Below, in pieces: positions 57,501 through 64,000 of a DNA stretch of 64,000 bases. Both the position numbers and the translations under genes were made by a program. The notes beneath the pieces were generated by a model. That model was given only the letters and a program-made list of their open reading frames with translations, was not told the origin of the DNA and searched no databases. The DNA comes from Macrostomum hystrix (Eukaryota > Animalia > Platyhelminthes), in the NCBI GenBank assembly GCA_950097015.1, contig CATNEN010000003.1, forward strand, positions 1,922,001 through 1,986,000, in the 5' to 3' direction. The number at the start of each line of letters is the position of its first letter. The first letter of the stretch is position 1.

Positions 57501-60500
57501 CAAGTTAGTCTAGATACAGGTAGGTGACCACCGAAGACGGTGACGATGCAGGAACATTCGGGTGACATGCTGATACATTTTGAAGGCCTGGTGGCAAGGC
57601 CGCACTGAGGCGCGGTGCTAATTCGTGTATGGGGGTAAACCATTGAATATCTCGACGGTCTGAAGAGCTGGCGACTTGGTCAAAATTAGCTTGAGTTAGA
57701 CAGAAGACAGAAAAATCTCCCGAGACGTAGCATCCCAGAAAACTCATCGATCAGTCCACACACAGAGGGTTAATTCCACAAGATAGCCTAGTTGGCCAAA
57801 TTGCAGTTTTTTGGTCACGCTAGCATTGCTGCTTCTTATTACAAAGCAATTTTTATTCCTAATAATCTTCGGCTTAACAACTGCTAGCAGAGCGCCAAAT
57901 CTCAGAATCAGTCCTAGGACTATTAAAATTGCTGCTAAATATCTATCTTTCTCAGTATTATCGTTTGCTATACACAACATGCTATAACTTGCCATAGCCA
58001 ATGCTGGTTGCTAATAGGTGGGTGAACTGAACTTTTTTCTTAGCTGAAATCCAAGAGGAGGTTGTAGCTTAGAGGTTAGAGCTTTGGACTCGTGACTTGA
58101 AGGTCGGGGGTTCGATTCCCGACTCCACTGGAACTATTTGTGTCCTTTAGCAAGACACTTACCTATGCATTGGTTAAGTTCACCCAGCTGTTAAATAGGT
58201 ACGTATTAGCTGGGGTAATTGAAGGTGGGTGTGGCATCCCCCCAGTCCATGGACTGAACAGCCGTACGCAGCCTTCAGAAGCGTCGCGCAATATCTGCGG
58301 CTGTGTTGTCGGCTGCACATCTGACCCAATAGGGGCAGGTGTAATTAATTGTTCCAGTGGAGTCAAGAATCGAACCTTGGACCTTCAAGTCGTAAGTCCG
58401 ACGTGGCTAACCACATGGCTAAAACCATTTAAACAAAACGGATCAACGACTTACTCTTATATAAAAATCGGTAGAAATAAAAACCAGAGAAATGGAAAAT
58501 GATAAGGTGCTAAAAATTGTTTCAAATATTTCCTATTCTCACCGATTCCAAAAGTTCGTAGAGTGTTGTCAGAGCAGTCGAGGCACCCAACACGCATAGC
58601 AGAGAATAGACCCATTCAGCCTGACTACGTACTGAGCCAATTATCTCAGTTCGAAGGCAGTGAAGCATCCAGTTGAGCAGGAAGTCTTGGAACTGCTGAT
58701 CAGGTTGTTGTAGTAGTATATAGTATAGTATAGTATAGTATAAGTGACAAACAGGGATAGAATGGCAATTAATAATTGTAGCATAGTACATGTAATACTG
58801 CCAGCTAGATATAATTATAGCGTACGAATGACTAGCGTAGGATGTAGAATGGAAATGTAGCTGGAAGAAGTTCAACTTAGCAATTTTTTTCTGAGATCAG
58901 CAATCGACTCAATCAATGAGTATTGCTCACTTCTTTAAAGTTCTGCTTATCATTAGCATAATAAAGACAGTTTTGAAACTGAATATTCAGCAAAAAAAGG
59001 CAATACAGACAGACAGGCACTGATACAGACAGACAGACACTGATACAGACAGACAGACAGGCACTGATACAGACAGACAGACACTGATACAGACAGACAG
59101 GCATGATACAGACAGACAGACAGACACTGATACAGACAGACAGGCACTGATACAGACAGACAGGCACTGATACAGACAGACAGGCACTGATACAGACAGA
59201 CAGGCACTGATACAGACAGACAGGCACTGATACAGACAGACAGGCACTGATACAGACAGACAGACAGACACTGATACAGACAGACAGGCACTGATACAGA
59301 CAGACAGGCACTGATACAGACAGACAGGCACTGATACAGACAGACAGGCACTGATACAGACAGACAGGCACTGATACAGACAGACAGGCACTGATACAGA
59401 CAGACAGACACTGATACAGACAGACAGACAGGCATTGATACAGACAGACAGTCAGGCATACAGGCTGGAACATAGACAGTGTTTACCGCAGGCAGTCGCG
59501 GTGCAAGGCAAAGCAGCGTGCAGAATATTCGGTGCTTCTGCCTGTGCGCCGCAGAATTGGTGAAGTTCTTGTACACCTTCGACTGGCACAGCTGGTCGTA
59601 CAGATGGCGCAGTCTTTGTAGCAGGTTGCTCAACAGGCTGACGTGTCTCTCGCAGCCGCAGCAGGTCAGACGGTCGAGGAATTCAAGGCTTGGCACTCGG
59701 TCGCTGCTCTCCCGACTGAGATCGAAAGAATATTCAGAGGAGTGAAAAAGTATATCTTAACAGTAGGGCTACCAAGAGTAAAATCCATTGACAATTTTTT
59801 GTGCTGCACCCGAACGGAGCAACGCAAGCAGACGAAACTCGAGAACATGGGCCAACTTTTTGTAGCGCATCTTCTGAACCAACAATCAAGTCGCCAGCTC
59901 TTGAGACCGTCGAGATATTCAATGGTTCTGGCCGAAGGTCAGATTTTCCCATAAGCGCTAGTGTATTTCATACACCCCAAAACACGAATTAGCACTGCGC
60001 CTCAGTGCGGCCTTGCCAGGCCTTCAAAACTTATCAGCATGTCACCCGAATGCGCCTGCATCATCTCCGTCTTCGGTGGTCACCGAAGTTAATCTAGACG
60101 GAGCTGCTGGACCTTCAACGAGTAATAGTTGAGTTTAGGAAAATTTGATGAAATACGATAGCTCTTATGGGAAAAAATCTGAGTTTAGGCCAGTATCGCT
60201 GAATATCTCGACGATCTGAAGAGCTGGCGACTTGATTCTTTCTGGTGCATCACTAATAATTGTCTGGGTGAAATCTCCCCATGGTATAAAAACGGGCGGC
60301 AAAATGGTTTATCAAGGATCAAGGAAAATGGGTTTAAAAATAAATCGGTCGCGATTAAAAGTGCATTTCAACTTACGCCGCCTGCTCAGTATTGAACGGC
60401 CAAGCATTGTCGTAGGCAGACTCCAGGTAAGCGTGAACCCGACCTGTGAAACGCTGATAACGCCTGTGAACTGGTCCGAAACTGAGGCCAGTGATGAGCA

Positions 60501-63301
60501 GCCGAAGCAGCACCTCCTCGTCCCACGAGGCGTCGCAGTCGTCAATAACGGTCGCGGCGGTGGACAGAAGCTCGCGGGTTAGCGCCTCCGCGAGGCCAAC
60601 GCGACTCTCGCTGCTGGCAAACACGGTGTCTATGGCCTGAAGTGGTTGTTCAAATGCTATGGTCTGTTAGCCTGGCCAAAAAGCTCTATTCATATAGATG
60701 CTAAATATACAAGTCCATGAATAAACTCTCAGTGGGTGAAGGAACAGAATGGATTGCTAGTCTAGCCTGTCAGTAGATGAAGGAACAGAATAGATTGCTA
60801 GTCTAGCAGTGGATGAAGGAACAGAATGGATTGCTAGTCTAGCCTCTCAGTGGATGAAGGAACAGAATGGATTGCTAGTCTAGCCTCTCAGTGGATGAAG
60901 GAACAGAATGGATTGCTAGTCTAGCCTCTCAGTGGGTGAAGGAACAGAATGGATTGCTAGTCTAGCCTCTCAGTGGATGAAGGAACAGAATGGATTGCTA
61001 GTCTAGCCTCTCAGTGGGTGAAGGAACAGAATAGATTGCTAGTCTAGCAGTGGATGAAGGAACAGAATGGATTGCTAGTCTAGCCTCTCAGTGGATGAAG
61101 GAACAGAATGGATTGCTAGTCTGGCCTCTCAGTGGGTGAAGGAACAGAATGGATTGCTAGTCCAGCCTCTCAGTGGATGAAGGAACAGAATGGATTGCTA
61201 GTCCAGCCTCTCAGTGGATGAAGGAGCAGAATGGATTGCTAGTCTAGCCACTCAGTGGGTGAAGGAATGGAATGGATTGCTAGTCTAGCCTCTCAGTGGG
61301 TGAAGGAACAGAATGGATTGCTAGTCTAGCCTCTCAGTGGATGAAGGAGCAGAATGGATTGCTAGTCTAGCCTCTCAGTGGGTGAAGGACCAGAATGGAT
61401 TGCTAGTCTAGCCTCTCAGTGGGTGAAGGAATGGAATGGATTGCTAGTCTAGCCTCTCAGTGGATGAAGGAACAGAATGGATTGCTAGTCTGGCCTCTCA
61501 GTGGATGAAGGAACAGAATGGATTGCTAGTCTAGCCTCTCAGTGGGTGAAGGAACATTATGGATTGCTAGTCCAGCCTCTCAGTGGGTGAAGGAACAGAA
61601 TGGATTGCTAGTCTAGCCTCTCAGTGGATGAAGGAACAGAATGGATTGCTAGTCTAGCCTGTCAGTGGATGAAGGAATGGAATGGATTGCTAGTCTAGCC
61701 TCTCAGTGGGTGAAGGAACAGAATGGATTGCTAGTCTAGCCTCTCAGTGGATGAAGGAACAGAATGGATTGCTAGTCTAGCCTGTCAGTGGATGAAGGAA
61801 TGGAATGGATTGCTAGTCTAGCCTCTCAGTGGATGAAGGAACAGAATGGATTGCTAGACTGGCCTATGAGAATCAACAAGCAGAGACAAACCTCAAACAA
61901 GACTTCTCTACCAGCCGTAGAAGCCCTTGGCAACCCAAAGAATATTTTAGGCGCAGCCATCAGTCGCAGGAAGGCCAGCACGGGTGGCCAGCAGTGTTGC
62001 ACAGCCAGGTATTCCGAGTCTAGTACACGCCAACCCTGCCTTAGCAGGCTAGCAACGGAGTCGATGTCAGTGTCATTGTCGGTGTCTAATTTGAAAATGG
62101 CTGTCGCGCAATCGAACAACAGTCGAAGATCTTCTGGCCTGCTGACAAGGTGCACGGAATCAATCAAAGCTGGCAAAAATTTTGCACCTGACAGGTTAAT
62201 GTCAATTCTGTGTGGCGCCGCGATGGATTGTTTAACAGTAGTATTGGCGACATTACTGGGGCCTGTCAGACAGACTAGCAGTAGTCGAAGGCGTTCCACG
62301 CAGTCGGCTCCGATACCTTTGCTGCTGTTGCTGTTGAACAGTTGCATATTGGAATTTTAAATACACTGGGGAAGGTGTAGATTCGAGTATGGGGTTAAGA
62401 GATTTGAGAATGTGATTTATAGATATGGGATATGGGATTGTAGTATGGGATGAAGTATGGGATTAGAGTGTGAGATTGGAGTATGCGATTGGAGTGTGGG
62501 ATTGGAGTATGTGATTGGAGTGTGGGATTGGAGAATGGGATTGGAGTGTGGGATTTATAGATTGGAGTGTGGGATTTATGGATTGGAGTGTGGGATTTAT
62601 AGATTGGAGTGTGGGATTTATGGATTGGAGTATGGGATTTATAGATTAGAGTGTGGGATTTATGGATTGGAGTGTGGGATTTATAGATTGGAGTGTGGGA
62701 TTTATGGATTGGAGTATAGGATTTATGGATTGGAGTATGGGATTTATAGATTAGAGTGTGGGATTTTTGGATATGAGTATAGGATTTATAGATTGGAGTG
62801 TGGGGTTTATAGATTGGAGTATGGGGTTTATAGATTGGAGTATGGGGTTTATAGATTGGAGTATGGGGTTTATAGATTGGAGTATGGGGTTTATAGATTG
62901 GAGTATGGGGTTTATAGATTGGAGTATGGGGTTTATAGATTGGAGTATGGGGTTTATAGATTGGAGTATGGGGTTTATAGATTGGAGTATGGGGTTTATA
63001 GATTGGAGTGTGGGGTTTATAGATTGGAGTATGGGGTTTATAGATTGGAGTATGGGGTTTATAGATTGGAGTATGGAATTTTGTAAATCGCAAATTATAA
63101 AATACACGCAATTAATCGCAACCTATTTTACAAGGACATGAAAGACAATCTATATAGAATGGAAAGCTGAGGTACACAGACAGGTAATAAGAAGTGCTAA
63201 ACTCACGCAGGCAGCAGTGATAGCAGAAAATCAATGGAATTTCGAAGCTGGACAGGAACCGCAGCCGAGAATTGCCAAATGACGATGTCGTGAAGGCTAA
63301 T
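54568..63301 (-). CDS. TARBP1: tRNA (guanosine-18 2'-O)-methyltransferase TARBP1/Trm3, 3' part (5' exons lie beyond the window)
   Basis: C-terminal SpoU domain [64 protein letters not shown]. Upstream in-phase exons ~63301-63207, ~62333-61892, 60636-60377, 59715-59487, ~58696-58543, 57010-56761, 56353-55933, 55144-54568. Also contains [15 protein letters not shown] and SVRSQAEW, typical of the family. Confidence 0.92.
55204..55740. repeat. 173-bp tandem repeat x3 in the last TARBP1 intron
   Basis: CCGATATGTGACGAAAA at 55204, 55377, 55550 and 55723; the copies are nearly identical. Confidence 0.97.
56400..56722. repeat. Intronic ~16-bp array (CTGATCTCATCTCACC-like)
   Basis: Degenerate tandem filling intron 56354-56760. 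Confidence 0.9.
57125..57200 (+). mobile_element. Isolated tRNA-like SINE head or tRNA pseudogene
   Basis: TAGTGGTTAGAGCG..GGTCAGGAGTTCGAATC provides A/B boxes, but there is no paired acceptor stem. Confidence 0.5.
58058..58300 (+). mobile_element. tRNA-derived SINE, family A (best-preserved copy)
   Basis: TAGCTTAGAGGTTAGAGC (A box), GGTTCGATTCCC (B box), a central TGTGTCCTTTAGCAAGACACTT..CACCCAGCTG resembling conserved CORE/Nin-type SINE domains, and a tail shared with 42050-42545. Confidence 0.85.
59005..59460. repeat. Intronic 20/24-bp array built on (GACA)n (CACTGATACAGACAGACAGG)
   Basis: Tandem; ends ~25 bp from the donor at 59486. Confidence 0.95.
59885..60240. mobile_element. Probable MITE or foldback remnant in a TARBP1 intron
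   Basis: Inverted arms: CAAGTCGCCAGCTCTTGAGACCGTCGAGATATTCA..TTTTCCCATAAG (59887-59955) versus CTTATGGGAAAA..TGAATATCTCGACGATCTGAAGAGCTGGCGACTTG (60165-60234). A third copy of the arm is at 57644-57678. Confidence 0.65.
60728..61860. repeat. Intronic 41-bp array (TCTAGCCTCTCAGTGGATGAAGGAACAGAATGGATTGCTAG), ~28 copies
   Basis: Fills intron 60637-61891. Confidence 0.97.
62440..63078. repeat. Intronic 21-bp array (GATTGGAGTATGGGGTTTATA) with a shorter-unit degenerate left edge
   Basis: Tandem units in intron ~62334-63206. Confidence 0.95.
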
Positions 63302-63544
63302 CTGGGAAAAAAACCATAAATCGAAAATGAGAGACGGGCGCAGATGGAGCTAATAAGAGTACATGTTGCTTGTACTTTTACTTGCCATTCTTTAGGCAAA
63401 TGTACTTATGTCTAAGGATGAGTGCAGAGCTGAAACATGTCCGACTCACGCACCGAATTTTCTAAGCTTGCGACTTTATAAGCTTTACAAATACAAATAT
63501 TATATATTACAAATAGTAAGCATGTACAATTTTAATTGGCTGGA

Positions 63545-64000
63545 GAAGAGAGGAGAGGAAAGGAGAGGAGAGGTCGGGGCAGGAGAAGAGATAAGAGGAG
63601 AGGAGGGGACAGGATAGAAGAGGAGAGGAGAGAAAGAGAAAAGAGAGGAAAGAAGAGGAATAAAAAGAGGAGAGGAGAGGAGAGGAGAGGAGAGGAGAAG
63701 AGAGGAGAGGAGAGGAGAGGAGAGGAGAAGGAGAGGAGAGGAGAAGGAGAAGGAGAGGAGAGGAGAAGGAGAAGGAGAGGAGAGGAGAAGGAGAAGGAGA
63801 GGAGGGGAGAGGAGAAGGAGAAGGAGAGGAGAGGAGAGGAGAGGAGAGGAGAAGGAGAGGAGAGGAGAAGGAGAAGGAGAGGAGAGGAGAAGGAGAAGGA
63901 GAGGAGGGGAGAGGAGAAGGAGAAGGAGAGGAGAGGAGGGGAGAGGAGAAGGAGAAGGAGAGGAGAGGAGAAGGAGAAGGAGAGGAGGGGAGAAGGAGAA
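63545..64000. repeat. Polypurine (GGAGA/GGAGAA)n tract, running off the window
   Basis: Almost pure G/A on the + strand; pyrimidine-rich on the TARBP1 sense strand. Confidence 0.97.

Overview
Eukaryotic (metazoan, most likely invertebrate) genomic DNA with GC-rich exons and AT-rich or minisatellite-filled GT-AG introns. The style suggests a free-living flatworm such as Macrostomum, but that is inference only. Manual splicing gives nine host genes: a Max/Myc-network bHLH (partial, -), a Tudor-like gene (-), a 7-exon orphan of ~909 aa with a Q9-K-Q103 tract and a degenerate KH-like region (+), SPAG8 (-) head-to-head with CATIP (+), a rhodopsin-class peptide GPCR (+), a Disabled/Dab PTB adaptor (-) divergent from an LRR single-pass receptor (+), and TARBP1/Trm3 (partial, -). 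There is also a complete 4,275-bp hAT transposon (16-bp TIRs, perfect 8-bp TSD) and two tRNA-derived SINE families. The most striking unexplained structure is about 25 mostly different tandem arrays (units 16-173 bp, concentrated at 20-23, 30-36 and 41-43 bp). They fill introns to within roughly 20-90 bp of splice sites, start right after stop codons, and also occur inside a SINE, inside the transposase ORF and in frame inside exons. This suggests an active, sequence-agnostic local tandem-amplification process. Most long ORFs in the supplied track are artefacts of these repeats. All family assignments are from motif recognition by eye; no database searches were run.
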